64,000 bases of DNA from an uncultured Bacteroidota bacterium (GTDB lineage Bacteria; Bacteroidota; Bacteroidia; Flavobacteriales; BACL11). The notes under the pieces were generated by a model. It saw nothing but the letters and a program-made list of their open reading frames with translations. It had not been told where the DNA came from and did no database searches. Below, one piece after another: positions 9,078 through 18,608 of this stretch (positions within the stretch are counted from its first letter, which is position 1; every line of letters begins with the position of its first letter). The position numbers and the translations under genes are program-made. The DNA lies in the NCBI GenBank assembly GCA_902587125.1, contig CACIJW010000004.1, positions 31,003 to 95,002 of the forward strand, written 5' to 3'.

Positions 9078-9968
9078 ATGATTTTATCAATGACAGGCTT
9101 TGGATCTGGTGAGTTAATCTTAAATAATTCACATTTTAATTTTTATATAAAATCATTGAATTCTAAAAATTTAGATATCTCATTAAAAGTTCCATCAAGC
9201 ATAAGAATTTTAGAGTTTGATATCAGAAGATTAATTTCTAAAAAATTAATAAGAGGAAAAGTAGAATTGTTGATAACACAAGATTATAATAGTCAAGAAT
9301 TATATATCCAAAACTCTGATTTGTTTAAAAGTGAAGTATCTAAAATTGAAGAGATGAGAAAATCGTTGATTGAAGAAAAAATTATTTCAGAAAACTTTTC
9401 TGATAACTTTTGGACAGGATCAGCAAAACATCTACAATTATTTAATAGAACTCAAAATAATAGCTCAAATTTAAATGCAAATAGCAAGAAAAAAATACTT
9501 CAAAAAGTCAAAGACATTGTTGAAGAGCTTTCACAATTTAGACTTAAAGAAGGAAGCGTTTTAGAAAAGGATCTTTTATATAATATAAATTCTATTTACA
9601 GCAATTTAGAAAGAATAAACAAGAGGGCAATTAAAAGAAAAAATCAAATTAGGACTAAATTGCAAAATAAAATACTTACCCTTAAAGAGGTCGACAAGCA
9701 CAGATTTGAGCAAGAAATAATCTATTATATAGAAAAATATGATATTAATGAGGAGCTAATAAGGCTAGACTCACATTTAAACCTATTTCAAAAAAATATA
9801 AATTCTAACAAACCAGTAGGTAAAAAATTAGGTTTTATTTCTCAAGAAATAGGAAGAGAAATTAATACAATTGGCTCAAAGGCAAATGATTTTAATATTC
9901 AAAAAATTGTTATATCAATGAAAGAGAATTTAGAAAAAGTTAAAGAGCAAACCTTAAATGTACTGTAA
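9078..9968 (+). CDS. yicC: YicC family stress-induced protein
   Basis: N-terminus MILSMTGFG and C-terminal GKKLGFISQEIGREINTIGSKAND are YicC/TIGR00255 hallmarks. Confidence 0.85.
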   Translation: MILSMTGFGSGELILNNSHFNFYIKSLNSKNLDISLKVPSSIRILEFDIRRLISKKLIRGKVELLITQDYNSQELYIQNSDLFKSEVSKIEEMRKSLIEEKIISENFSDNFWTGSAKHLQLFNRTQNNSSNLNANSKKKILQKVKDIVEELSQFRLKEGSVLEKDLLYNINSIYSNLERINKRAIKRKNQIRTKLQNKILTLKEVDKHRFEQEIIYYIEKYDINEELIRLDSHLNLFQKNINSNKPVGKKLGFISQEIGREINTIGSKANDFNIQKIVISMKENLEKVKEQTLNVL

Positions 9969-10528
9969 TGTCTAAATTAGTTGTGATTTCAGCCCCCTCG
10001 GGAGCAGGTAAAACATCAATTGTCAATTGTCTAATTAATAGAATTGAACAATTGTCTTTTTCAATTTCTGCAACTAGCAGATCACCTAGAGTAGATGAAA
10101 AGGATTCAGTGAATTATTATTTTAAATCAATAGATGAATTTAAAAATGATATCAATAAAAATTTATTTGTTGAGTGGCAAGAAGTGTACAGTGATAAATT
10201 TTATGGAACATACCTTAAAGAGTTAAATAGAATATGGGGTTTAAATAAAGTTGTTTTGCTAGACGTAGATGTTTTTGGAGGTATTAATATCAAAAACAAA
10301 TTTGAAAAAAACTGTCTATCAATTTTTATCATGCCACCATCAAAAAATGAATTATTAAATCGATTGAAAAAAAGAGATTCAGAGTCTCAATCACAGCTGC
10401 TAGAAAGAGAACTAAAAATGGATTTAGAGTTAAATCAAAGTTCAAGGTTTGATTGTATAATTAAAAATGTAATACTTGAGGAAGCATGCTTGGAAGCTGA
10501 AAAAATTGTTCGTAATTTTTTAAAATAA
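9968..10528 (+). CDS. gmk: Guanylate kinase
   Basis: P-loop ISAPSGAGKTS. SATSRSPR...YYF guanylate kinase signature. ATG overlaps the yicC stop. Confidence 0.9.
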   Translation: MSKLVVISAPSGAGKTSIVNCLINRIEQLSFSISATSRSPRVDEKDSVNYYFKSIDEFKNDINKNLFVEWQEVYSDKFYGTYLKELNRIWGLNKVVLLDVDVFGGINIKNKFEKNCLSIFIMPPSKNELLNRLKKRDSESQSQLLERELKMDLELNQSSRFDCIIKNVILEEACLEAEKIVRNFLK

Positions 10529-10529
10529 C

Positions 10530-11102
10530 ATGAAACAAATTGGCTTATTTTTTGGAACATTTAATCCCTTTCATGTAGGTCACAAAATAATAGCTAATTA
10601 TTTTTATCATCACTCTAGCTTAGAAGAAGTTTGGTTTGTTGTTTCACCTGAGAGTCCTTTTAAAAAAAACAAAAAGATATTAGACAAGAATCACCGGTTA
10701 AATATAATTAGGGAAGAAATACTAGACGTAAAATATCTTAAAGCGACGGACATAGAGTTTGATATTATTCAACCATCATATACAATTGATACAATGGTAA
10801 AGTTATCTGAAAAATACAATCACAATTTTTCAATAATTATGGGAGCTGATAATTTAACACATATTCATAAATGGAAAAATTATGAGGAACTATTAAATAC
10901 CTATCATTTTTATGTATACCCAAGACCAGGCTTTGAATTCAATGATTCTTACAGTAATGTAACATACATGAAAGAAGCTCCAATAATACAAATTTCTGCC
11001 TCATCAATCAGAAGTTATATTAAGCAAGGAATTGATGCGTCATTTTTGGTACCACATAAAGCCTGGAATTACATTGATAAAATGAATTTTTATAAAAAAT
11101 GA
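10530..11102 (+). CDS. nadD: Nicotinate-nucleotide adenylyltransferase
   Basis: GTFNPFHVGH (HxGH) motif and a C-terminal ISASSIR motif. Confidence 0.9.
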   Translation: MKQIGLFFGTFNPFHVGHKIIANYFYHHSSLEEVWFVVSPESPFKKNKKILDKNHRLNIIREEILDVKYLKATDIEFDIIQPSYTIDTMVKLSEKYNHNFSIIMGADNLTHIHKWKNYEELLNTYHFYVYPRPGFEFNDSYSNVTYMKEAPIIQISASSIRSYIKQGIDASFLVPHKAWNYIDKMNFYKK

Positions 11103-11473
11103 AGCTAATATTATTAACAATTGTTTTTTTTGTGACTTCTTGTTCTAATATTGATAATAATAGCTATTTAATATCTCAAAATGAAATAAATGATAAAAAG
11201 AAAGTTCAAACAAAAAAATATGTAGGCTGGTGGATCTTTGGAGAAAATATGCATCTTTTTAAAGACTCTAAAAATCTAGATGAATACGAATTATTTTTTC
11301 TAAATGAAACAAGTGAAGAAATTGCTAAATTTTACTTGGAAATTGCAGAGCAAGAGTTTTTACCAATTGATATAGAGATTGATGGTTTTTTATATACGAA
11401 TGAAAAAAAACAAAAAATTTTAGAGGTTTCAGATTTTTATATCACGTTTATTCAAGGATGTGACGAACCATAA
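11099..11473 (+). CDS. Hypothetical lipoprotein
   Basis: Signal peptide with lipobox (FFVTSC). ATGA overlap with the nadD stop. No family recognised. Confidence 0.5.
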   Translation: MKLILLTIVFFVTSCSNIDNNSYLISQNEINDKKKVQTKKYVGWWIFGENMHLFKDSKNLDEYELFFLNETSEEIAKFYLEIAEQEFLPIDIEIDGFLYTNEKKQKILEVSDFYITFIQGCDEP

Positions 11474-11481
11474 ATGTTTAG

Positions 11482-12468
11482 CTAGTCATTATAAATTACA
11501 TGCATAACAGTTTGACCAATTGCCCTTAGTGTTTTTTTACTGATATTATTTAAGTCATCACCGTGAGTATGCCAATGTTTGTTAAATTTATTTTTTGATG
11601 ATGGATCAAATTCAATAATATCAATTGTAGGTATAGAAGTAATATTATTTACATAGTAATGATCATCTAAAAATTGGGCTCCTCTTTCAAAAACAAAAAA
11701 CTCACCATATCCTATGTCATGTCCTATATTCCAAACTTTTTGTAAAATATTATCTGCATAGAATTTTGAAAAATCTTCCTCATAAAATTTAGCATTTGGA
11801 CCACCAACCATATCTAAAAGAATGCCATATTTTGCAAAATAATTTTTTCTGTGTTTGTTTTTAGACCAATATTGAGATCCTAAACACCACGAATCTTGCA
11901 TTACGGGAAATTTACTATTTTCTGGCTGCCCATAGTCTTCACCGTCAAAAAGAATAATATCGATACCTACTTTAGGTTTTTTAATTTTAATATTTCTTGC
12001 TATTTCAATTAACATTCCAACTCCGCTACCACCGTCATTTGCTCCAAGAATTGGTTTGTTTTTTCTGACGCTATCATGATCGGCAATATGTCTTGTGTCC
12101 CAATGTGCCATAAGCAAGATACGATTGTTTTTTTGGGGATTAAAAGAGGCGATTATATTTTTTATTTTATGTCTTTTTTTATCGTAAGTAATAACATTAG
12201 CTTCTTGTACAATTAAAGTATCAGCAATTTTAGACAGTTTTTTTATTAGCCATTTAGAACAATTTTTTGCACCCTCACTACTCAAGTATCTAGGGCCAAA
12301 TTCAACTTGTTTTTGAATATAACTATAACATGAGTCTGCGTTAAATTCAGGAACATGTATTATATTCTCTAGTTCGGAAGCTACATTTTTTTTAACATTA
12401 GTATTTTCCGTGCAGGATGATAAAATAAAAAAAATGCAAAGAAAATTTTGTATAAATAATTTATTCAT
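11482..12468 (-). CDS. M28-fold glutaminyl-peptide cyclotransferase-like lipoprotein
   Basis: Lipobox ILSSC. M28/QC metal-site motifs MAHWDTRH, GANDGGSGVG, FDGEDYG and WHTHGD. Confidence 0.72.
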   Translation of the reverse strand: MNKLFIQNFLCIFFILSSCTENTNVKKNVASELENIIHVPEFNADSCYSYIQKQVEFGPRYLSSEGAKNCSKWLIKKLSKIADTLIVQEANVITYDKKRHKIKNIIASFNPQKNNRILLMAHWDTRHIADHDSVRKNKPILGANDGGSGVGMLIEIARNIKIKKPKVGIDIILFDGEDYGQPENSKFPVMQDSWCLGSQYWSKNKHRKNYFAKYGILLDMVGGPNAKFYEEDFSKFYADNILQKVWNIGHDIGYGEFFVFERGAQFLDDHYYVNNITSIPTIDIIEFDPSSKNKFNKHWHTHGDDLNNISKKTLRAIGQTVMHVIYND

Positions 12469-13936
12469 TTAATTCCCAATTAGTACCTTCTCTTGTATCT
12501 TTAATTTGAATATTTATTTCAGATAATTTATCTCTAATTATATCAGCTGTTTCCCAATCTTTATTCTTTTTAGAATTATCTCTTAAATCTATAATTAGCT
12601 TCATAAGCTCTTTACTCAAATCATTATTGATATTCTCAACTATTTTTTTAATGCCCAATAACTCAAATAAAAAAATATCAAATATTTTTTTTACAAGTTC
12701 TTTTTGTAAAAAGGTCATTGTTATTTTTTCTTTAATTGAGGTATTTATAATTTTTGATAATTCAAATAAATTAGCAATGACAATTGGCGTATTAAAGTCA
12801 TCGTTCAATGCTAAGTAACAATTAGTTTTAATTTTTTCTATATCATCATTAACTCCCCCTTTTTTTTCACAGTTAATATTTTCAATATTTTCATACGATT
12901 TTAATAATTTATTGAGACCCTTTTCACAAGAAACTAATGCATCATTAGAAAAGTCAATAGTACCTCTATAGTGAGCTTGTAAGATTAAAAATCTAATTAC
13001 CATTGGGTGGTATGACTTATCAAGTTTTGTATGAGAACCAGTAAAAAACTCATTCAAGTTTATAAAATTTCCTAACGATTTCCCCATTTTCTGACCATCA
13101 ATTGTTATCATATTATTGTGTATCCAGTAATTTGCTGGAGGACATAAATCTGCAGCGTAACTTTGGCATATTTCTGCTTCGTGATGTGGAAAAATTAAGT
13201 CAAGACCACCACCATGAATATCAAAATTTTCACCTAAATACTTTTTGCTCATTGCTGAACATTCAATATGCCATCCTGGAAAGCCTACGCCCCATGGTGA
13301 GCTCCATTTCATTATATGACGATTTGAAGCTTTTTTCCAAAGTGCAAAATCTGCAGCATGTTTTTTTTCTGACTGAGATTCTAATTCTCTTGTCCCATCA
13401 ATATTATCTTCAATCTTTCTGCCTGATAAAACTCCATAATTGTATGTTTCGCTGTATTTTTTAACATCCATATAAACTGAACCGTTTTTAACATAAGCAA
13501 ACCCATTTTTAATAATTTTTTCAATCATCTCTATTTGTTCAATTATGTGCCCTGTTGCCCGAGGCTCAATCGAAGGTGATAGGCAATTTAGTTTTTTTAA
13601 GCATTCGTGATATTTTTCTGTATAAAATTGGGCTACCTCCATAGGCTCAAGCATTTCACTTTTTGCTTTTTTTTCAATCTTATCAATACCATCATCAGAA
13701 TCATTTTCTAAATGACCGACATCAGTAATATTTCTAACGTATCTAGTTTTGTATCCAAGATGTGTAAAATATCTAAAAATAACATCAAAAACAATTGCTG
13801 GTCTGGCATGGCCAAGGTGAGGTTCTCCATAAACTGTTGGGCCACACACATACATACCAACACAATTTTTATCAATTGGGTTAAAAATATCTTTTCTTTT
13901 TGTGAGAGTATTGTAAATTTTCAGTTGTTCTTTCAA
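12461..13936 (-). CDS. cysS: Cysteine--tRNA ligase
   Basis: CGPTVYGEPHLGHAR (HIGH) and KMGKSLGN (KMSKS). Confidence 0.95.
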   Translation of the reverse strand: MKEQLKIYNTLTKRKDIFNPIDKNCVGMYVCGPTVYGEPHLGHARPAIVFDVIFRYFTHLGYKTRYVRNITDVGHLENDSDDGIDKIEKKAKSEMLEPMEVAQFYTEKYHECLKKLNCLSPSIEPRATGHIIEQIEMIEKIIKNGFAYVKNGSVYMDVKKYSETYNYGVLSGRKIEDNIDGTRELESQSEKKHAADFALWKKASNRHIMKWSSPWGVGFPGWHIECSAMSKKYLGENFDIHGGGLDLIFPHHEAEICQSYAADLCPPANYWIHNNMITIDGQKMGKSLGNFINLNEFFTGSHTKLDKSYHPMVIRFLILQAHYRGTIDFSNDALVSCEKGLNKLLKSYENIENINCEKKGGVNDDIEKIKTNCYLALNDDFNTPIVIANLFELSKIINTSIKEKITMTFLQKELVKKIFDIFLFELLGIKKIVENINNDLSKELMKLIIDLRDNSKKNKDWETADIIRDKLSEINIQIKDTREGTNWELNE

Positions 13937-14874
13937 TTTGATAAATTTTTAAACATGTCAGAAGTTAGTTTTTCTAGATTAAATTTTGCTTTCCATCCCC
14001 AATCAACTTTTGCTTCTTGATCGTCTATGCTATCTGGCCAAGAGTCTGCAATTTTTTGTCTGTAATCAGGCTTAAATTTAACATTAAAATTAGGGAAATA
14101 AATTTTTATTTGCTTTTCTAATTCTTTGGGTGTAAAACTAACTGCTGAAATATTATATGATGTTCTAATTTTAATATTCTCTTTTTTAGTTGTCATTATC
14201 TTTAAAATAGCTTCAATTGCATCATCCATGTACATCATTGGTAATATAGTCTCCTTAGACAAGAAGCATGTATAATCATTATTCTTTAAAGCATGATAAA
14301 AGATTTCCACTGCGTAATCAGTAGTCCCTCCACCAGCCAAGGATCTCCAGCCAATTAAACCTGGTAATCTAAGGCTTCGAATATCAACATCAAATTTATC
14401 ATAGTAATATTTGCAAAGTTTCTCTCCAGCCAATTTTGTTATTCCATAAATTGAGCTCGGATTTAAAGTAGTCTTTTGAGGTGTATTTATTTTTGGACTA
14501 TCAGGTCCAAAAACAGCAATTGATGATGGCCAAAAAATTTTTTTTATAATTTTCTTTCTAGCAAGCTCCAACACGTTAATGAGCGAATTCATATTTAGTT
14601 CCCATGAATTCAGTACATTTTTTTCTGCAAGTGCAGATAAAGAAGCTGCTAATAAATATATTTCAGAAATATTTTCTTCTTTCACTTTTCTAGTCAACAT
14701 TTCGTTATCAAGAACATCTAGTTTTAAAAATTTTTTATTGTGGTTTTTTTCTTTAGGAGGATTAAGATCAGAACAAATAATATTTTCAGTTCCGTAAATT
14801 CTCTCTAAACTAAGGCAGAGGTCAGTTCCTATTTGTCCAGAAGAACCTATAACTAAAATTTTATTTTTTTTCAT
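13933..14874 (-). CDS. NAD-dependent epimerase/dehydratase family protein, likely SDR-type L-threonine 3-dehydrogenase
   Basis: ILVIGSSGQIGTDL Rossmann motif and YGITKLAGE (Y-x3-K). The N-terminus resembles flavobacterial short-chain threonine dehydrogenases. Confidence 0.72.
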   Translation of the reverse strand: MKKNKILVIGSSGQIGTDLCLSLERIYGTENIICSDLNPPKEKNHNKKFLKLDVLDNEMLTRKVKEENISEIYLLAASLSALAEKNVLNSWELNMNSLINVLELARKKIIKKIFWPSSIAVFGPDSPKINTPQKTTLNPSSIYGITKLAGEKLCKYYYDKFDVDIRSLRLPGLIGWRSLAGGGTTDYAVEIFYHALKNNDYTCFLSKETILPMMYMDDAIEAILKIMTTKKENIKIRTSYNISAVSFTPKELEKQIKIYFPNFNVKFKPDYRQKIADSWPDSIDDQEAKVDWGWKAKFNLEKLTSDMFKNLSN

Positions 14875-14881
14875 AGTTTTA

Positions 14882-14889
14882 CAAATATA
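14882..14889 (-). promoter_or_regulatory. Putative -7 box TATATTTG for the tdh-like/cysS/QC unit
   Basis: Exact TAnnTTTG, 7 nt before the ATG at 14874. Confidence 0.4.
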
Positions 14890-14916
14890 GTACTATAATA
14901 AAATTTATATATCAAT

Positions 14917-15948
14917 TTGGACCCTAACGCAAATAAGTATTTATTATTTAACAAGCTCAGCTCTGAAGATGCTAAGAAAAAAATAGAAAGTGAAAAATTT
15001 AAAAGAACAACTTTATCTTTTTACAAGTATGTTAAATTAAAAGATATATCTGATTATAGAGATCATCTTTACAAAGAATGGGACAAATTGAAAATTCTTG
15101 GTCGTGTATATATTGCCACCGAGGGAATTAATGCTCAGATTAGTATTCCGAATTATAATATTGAAAAATTTAAAGAGCAACTTTATGATGATAGGTTCCT
15201 AAAAAATATTCCTCTGAAAGTAGCAATTGAAGAAAAAGAATTTTCATTTTTTAAGCTAATAATTAAAATTAAAAAAAGAATAGTTGCTGATGGATTAACT
15301 GAAATTGATTTTGACTCAAGTAACGTTGGAAATCATCTAAATGCAGATGAATGGAATGATGCTATTGATAGGGGGGCGGTAATTGTTGATATGAGAAATC
15401 ATTATGAAAGTGAAATCGGACATTTTAAAAATGCTATTCTTCCTCAATCAGAAACCTTCAAACAAGAACTACCAATGGTTAAACAATTGTTATCAGAGAA
15501 TAAAAATGATAAAATTTTACTTTACTGCACCGGAGGAATTAGATGTGAAAAAGCTTCTGCCTACTTAAAACATAATGGATTCAGAGATGTTAATCAATTA
15601 CACGGGGGCATAATAGATTACAAAAAGCAGTTAGTAGAAAATCCAAAGCTAGAGAATAAATTTATTGGTAAAAATTTTGTTTTTGATGAAAGATTATCTG
15701 AAAAAATCTCTGAAGAAATTATAAGTTTTTGTCATCAGTGCGGAAATAAATGTGACACGCATATCAATTGTAAAAATGTGAGTTGTAACCTCTTATTTAT
15801 TCAATGTAAAAAATGTAAAGAAAAATTTAAATCCTGTTGTTCAACTGAGTGCAAGAAGATTATAGATCTACCAGAGGATGAGCAGAAAAATCTTAGGCAA
15901 GGGTCAATAAATAAAAAGAGATTTAATTCTCACAGAATCATAAACTAA
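14917..15948 (+). CDS. trhO: Rhodanese-domain tRNA uridine(34) hydroxylase (UPF0176/TrhO)
   Basis: Active-site loop LYCTGGIRCEKASAYL. Cys-rich C-terminal tail. TTG start (no in-frame ATG near the N-terminus). Confidence 0.82.
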   Translation: MDPNANKYLLFNKLSSEDAKKKIESEKFKRTTLSFYKYVKLKDISDYRDHLYKEWDKLKILGRVYIATEGINAQISIPNYNIEKFKEQLYDDRFLKNIPLKVAIEEKEFSFFKLIIKIKKRIVADGLTEIDFDSSNVGNHLNADEWNDAIDRGAVIVDMRNHYESEIGHFKNAILPQSETFKQELPMVKQLLSENKNDKILLYCTGGIRCEKASAYLKHNGFRDVNQLHGGIIDYKKQLVENPKLENKFIGKNFVFDERLSEKISEEIISFCHQCGNKCDTHINCKNVSCNLLFIQCKKCKEKFKSCCSTECKKIIDLPEDEQKNLRQGSINKKRFNSHRIIN

Positions 15949-17680
15949 TATCCAAATTCAAATCTTCAATGATTTTTTTATCAATTATTGATGGAGATTC
16001 AATCATAATATCTTTTCCGCTGTTATTCTTCGGAAATGCAATGTAATCTCTAATACTTTCATCACCGTTTATTACAGCACATAATCTATCAAGTCCAAAT
16101 GCAATTCCACCATGAGGGGGAGCTCCATATTCAAACGCATTCATTAAAAAACCAAATTGTTCTGATGCTTCTTTTTCAGAGAATCCAAGAAAAGAAAAAA
16201 TTTGGTTCTGAAGGTCTTTATTATGTATCCTTATACTTCCACCTCCAACTTCATTACCATTGATCACAAGATCGTAAGCGTTAGCTTTCACTTTTAGAGG
16301 ATTAGAGCTTAATTTTTTGATGTCCTCTTCCTTGGGTGCTGTAAATGGATGATGCATAGCAGAATATCTTTTATTTTCATCGTCCCACTCAAATAATGGA
16401 AAGTCAATGACCCAAAGTGGTACAAACTTATTTTTATTAATTAGATCTAAACTTTTGGCTATAAAAACCCTTAAATTACCTAAAACACTTAATATATTTT
16501 TTCTTTCTCCAGACATAAAAAAAGCTATGTCACCTTTATTAAGTTTTAAGTCAGAAGCCAGAGAATACTTGTCTTTATCAGATAAAAATTTATCTACTGT
16601 TGACTTAATAATACCATCTTCATTAATTTTAATGTTAAATAGTTTGTCACCTCCAACTTCTTGTTGTTTTATATAATTGCTAAAATTGTCTATTTGTTTC
16701 CTTGAAATCGTTGATCCTGATTTAATTTTGATTCCGGCAGTAAATTCATATTTGAAAAAATCAAAAAATTCTGTGCCTGCAATAGTATCTGACAAATTAA
16801 TAATCTCTAAATCATATCTTAAATCAGGCTTATCTGTTCCGTATTTTGAAATTGATTCCTCATAGGTAATTTGTTTAAAATCTTCAACGTTTATATTTTT
16901 AATTTTAAAAATTAAATCTTTGATTAGACCTTCAAAAGTTTCTAAAACCTGACTTTGATTAACAAAGGACATTTCACAATCAATTTGAGTAAATTCAGGC
17001 TGCCTATCAGCTCTAAGATCTTCATCTCTAAAACACTTGACTATTTGATAATATTTGTCGATTCCAGAAACCATTAAAAGCTGTTTAAATGTTTGTGGTG
17101 ACTGTGGTAGAGCATAAAATTTACCGGGGTTCATTCGAGAGGGGACTATGAAATCTCTCGCTCCCTCGGGAGTTGATTTAATTAAATATGGAGTTTCTAC
17201 GTCTATAAATCCTATGCTGTTCAAATAATTTCTAGCCTCTGAGCTGATTTTGTGTCTCAAAATTAAGTTATCCCTGATTTTATTTCTTCTGATGTCTAAA
17301 TATCTATATTTCATTCTCAGCTCCTCTCCTCCGTCAGTCTTATCTTCAATTGTAAAAGGTGGTGTTTTGGAGGGATTTAGAATATTGAGCTCATCAACTA
17401 AAACTTCAATCTCTCCAGTTTTTATGTTTTTGTTTTTGCTTTCTCTTTCTACAACTTTTCCAACAATTTTAAGCACATATTCCCTTCCAAGACTTTGAGC
17501 TTTTTCAAAAAGTTGGATATTATTTTGTTCAAATTTTAGCTGAGTAATCCCATACCTGTCTCTGAGGTCTATGAATAAAACGTTTCCAAGATTTCTCGAT
17601 TTTTGAACCCACCCACTAAGAGTGACAATGGTTCCAACTTTTTCAAGATTTAATTCTCCACAATTAAAGTTTCTAAACAC
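15938..17680 (-). CDS. aspS: Aspartate--tRNA ligase
   Basis: Class II motifs FRDEDLRADRQPEFTQID and GGIAFGLDRL. 580 aa. GTG start. Confidence 0.95.
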   Translation of the reverse strand: MFRNFNCGELNLEKVGTIVTLSGWVQKSRNLGNVLFIDLRDRYGITQLKFEQNNIQLFEKAQSLGREYVLKIVGKVVERESKNKNIKTGEIEVLVDELNILNPSKTPPFTIEDKTDGGEELRMKYRYLDIRRNKIRDNLILRHKISSEARNYLNSIGFIDVETPYLIKSTPEGARDFIVPSRMNPGKFYALPQSPQTFKQLLMVSGIDKYYQIVKCFRDEDLRADRQPEFTQIDCEMSFVNQSQVLETFEGLIKDLIFKIKNINVEDFKQITYEESISKYGTDKPDLRYDLEIINLSDTIAGTEFFDFFKYEFTAGIKIKSGSTISRKQIDNFSNYIKQQEVGGDKLFNIKINEDGIIKSTVDKFLSDKDKYSLASDLKLNKGDIAFFMSGERKNILSVLGNLRVFIAKSLDLINKNKFVPLWVIDFPLFEWDDENKRYSAMHHPFTAPKEEDIKKLSSNPLKVKANAYDLVINGNEVGGGSIRIHNKDLQNQIFSFLGFSEKEASEQFGFLMNAFEYGAPPHGGIAFGLDRLCAVINGDESIRDYIAFPKNNSGKDIMIESPSIIDKKIIEDLNLDISL

Positions 17681-17690
17681 TTTTTTTTGA

Positions 17691-17698
17691 CAAACTTA
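17691..17698 (-). promoter_or_regulatory. Putative -7 box TAAGTTTG for aspS
   Basis: Exact TAnnTTTG, 10 nt before the GTG at 17680. Confidence 0.4.
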
Positions 17699-17712
17699 AT
17701 AAAATCATAGCG

Positions 17713-17720
17713 TATATTTG
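17713..17720 (+). promoter_or_regulatory. Putative -7 box TATATTTG for tadA
   Basis: Exact TAnnTTTG, 4 nt before the ATG at 17725. A TTTG lies 23 nt upstream as a possible -33 element. Confidence 0.45.
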
Positions 17721-17724
17721 TAAA

Positions 17725-18171
17725 ATGGATTTTAATGTTTTTAGTGATGAATTCTTCATGAGACAAGCAATTGAAGAAGCAAAAAAAGCAATGAAAAAAG
17801 ATGAAGTTCCAATTGGAGCTGTAATTGTATGTCAAAATCAAATTATAGCTAGGGCTCATAACTTATGCGAGTCATTAAATGATGCTACTGCTCATGCAGA
17901 AATGCAAGCCTTCACAAGTGCTAGTAATTATCTTTCAAGTAAATACTTAAATGATTGCAGGCTATTTGTTACTTTGGAGCCATGTGTAATGTGTGCTGGA
18001 GCCTCTTACTGGGTTAGAATCAGTGAAATTATTTTTGGTGCAGCCGATAATAAAAAAGGTTTTTTAACATTAAATCCTAATATTCTTCATCCTAGCACTA
18101 AAGTAAAAAAAGGCATTTATGAAAATGAATGCAGTCAAATGTTAAAAGATTTTTTTAAAACTAAACGATAA
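17725..18171 (+). CDS. tadA: tRNA adenosine(34) deaminase
   Basis: Zinc-site motifs HAEMQA and PCVMCAGA. Confidence 0.9.
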   Translation: MDFNVFSDEFFMRQAIEEAKKAMKKDEVPIGAVIVCQNQIIARAHNLCESLNDATAHAEMQAFTSASNYLSSKYLNDCRLFVTLEPCVMCAGASYWVRISEIIFGAADNKKGFLTLNPNILHPSTKVKKGIYENECSQMLKDFFKTKR

Positions 18172-18177
18172 TAAGTT

Positions 18178-18185
18178 TATTTTTG
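18178..18185 (+). promoter_or_regulatory. Putative -7 box TATTTTTG for bacilliredoxin-cyoE-DUF420
   Basis: Exact TAnnTTTG, 12 nt before the ATG at 18198. Confidence 0.35.
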
Positions 18186-18197
18186 CGAAAAAAAAAT

Positions 18198-18608
18198 ATG
18201 TATCCTGAACAATTATGTACACCAATGAGGTTAGAGTTAACTTCAGCCGGTTATAAAGAACTAAAAACCTCTGAAGAGGTAACAAATTTAATGAGCCAAG
18301 AGGGGACAGTTTTATTAATGGTAAACTCTGTCTGTGGTTGTGCTGCTGGAAATGCAAGACCAGCAGCAATAATGGCAACTAAACTTAATCCAAAGCCTGA
18401 TAATTTTGCAACAGTATTTGCTGGCCAAGACTCCGAAGCAACTGCAAAAGCCAGAGAGTTTATGCTTCCTTATCCAGCCTCATCACCATCAATAGCATTG
18501 CTCAAGGATGGTAAAGTTGTACATATGATTGAAAGACATCATATTGAGGGCAGAGATGCTAAATTAATAAGTGAAAATCTAAAATCTGCTTTCGAGTCTC
18601 ATTGTTAA
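18198..18608 (+). CDS. BrxA/BrxB-type bacilliredoxin (DUF1094)
   Basis: MYPEQLCTPMRLELT N-terminus and redox motif VNSVCGCAAG. I moved the start to the ATG at 18198 because an exact TAnnTTTG box (18178-18185) overlaps the TTG at 18183 used in the ORF track. Confidence 0.8.
   Translation: MYPEQLCTPMRLELTSAGYKELKTSEEVTNLMSQEGTVLLMVNSVCGCAAGNARPAAIMATKLNPKPDNFATVFAGQDSEATAKAREFMLPYPASSPSIALLKDGKVVHMIERHHIEGRDAKLISENLKSAFESHC

Noticed and set aside
17650-17859. A 69-aa minus-strand ORF covering the aspS/tadA divergent spacer.
   Set aside because: It overlaps the aspS start, both putative -7 boxes and the 5' end of tadA. It is most simply a chance open frame in AT-rich DNA.
18183-18197. The TTG start at 18183 for the bacilliredoxin gene, as given in the ORF track.
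   Set aside because: The ATG at 18198 gives the family-typical MYPE N-terminus. An exact TAnnTTTG box (18178-18185) overlaps the TTG, so the TTG is probably untranscribed or lies at the extreme 5' end.
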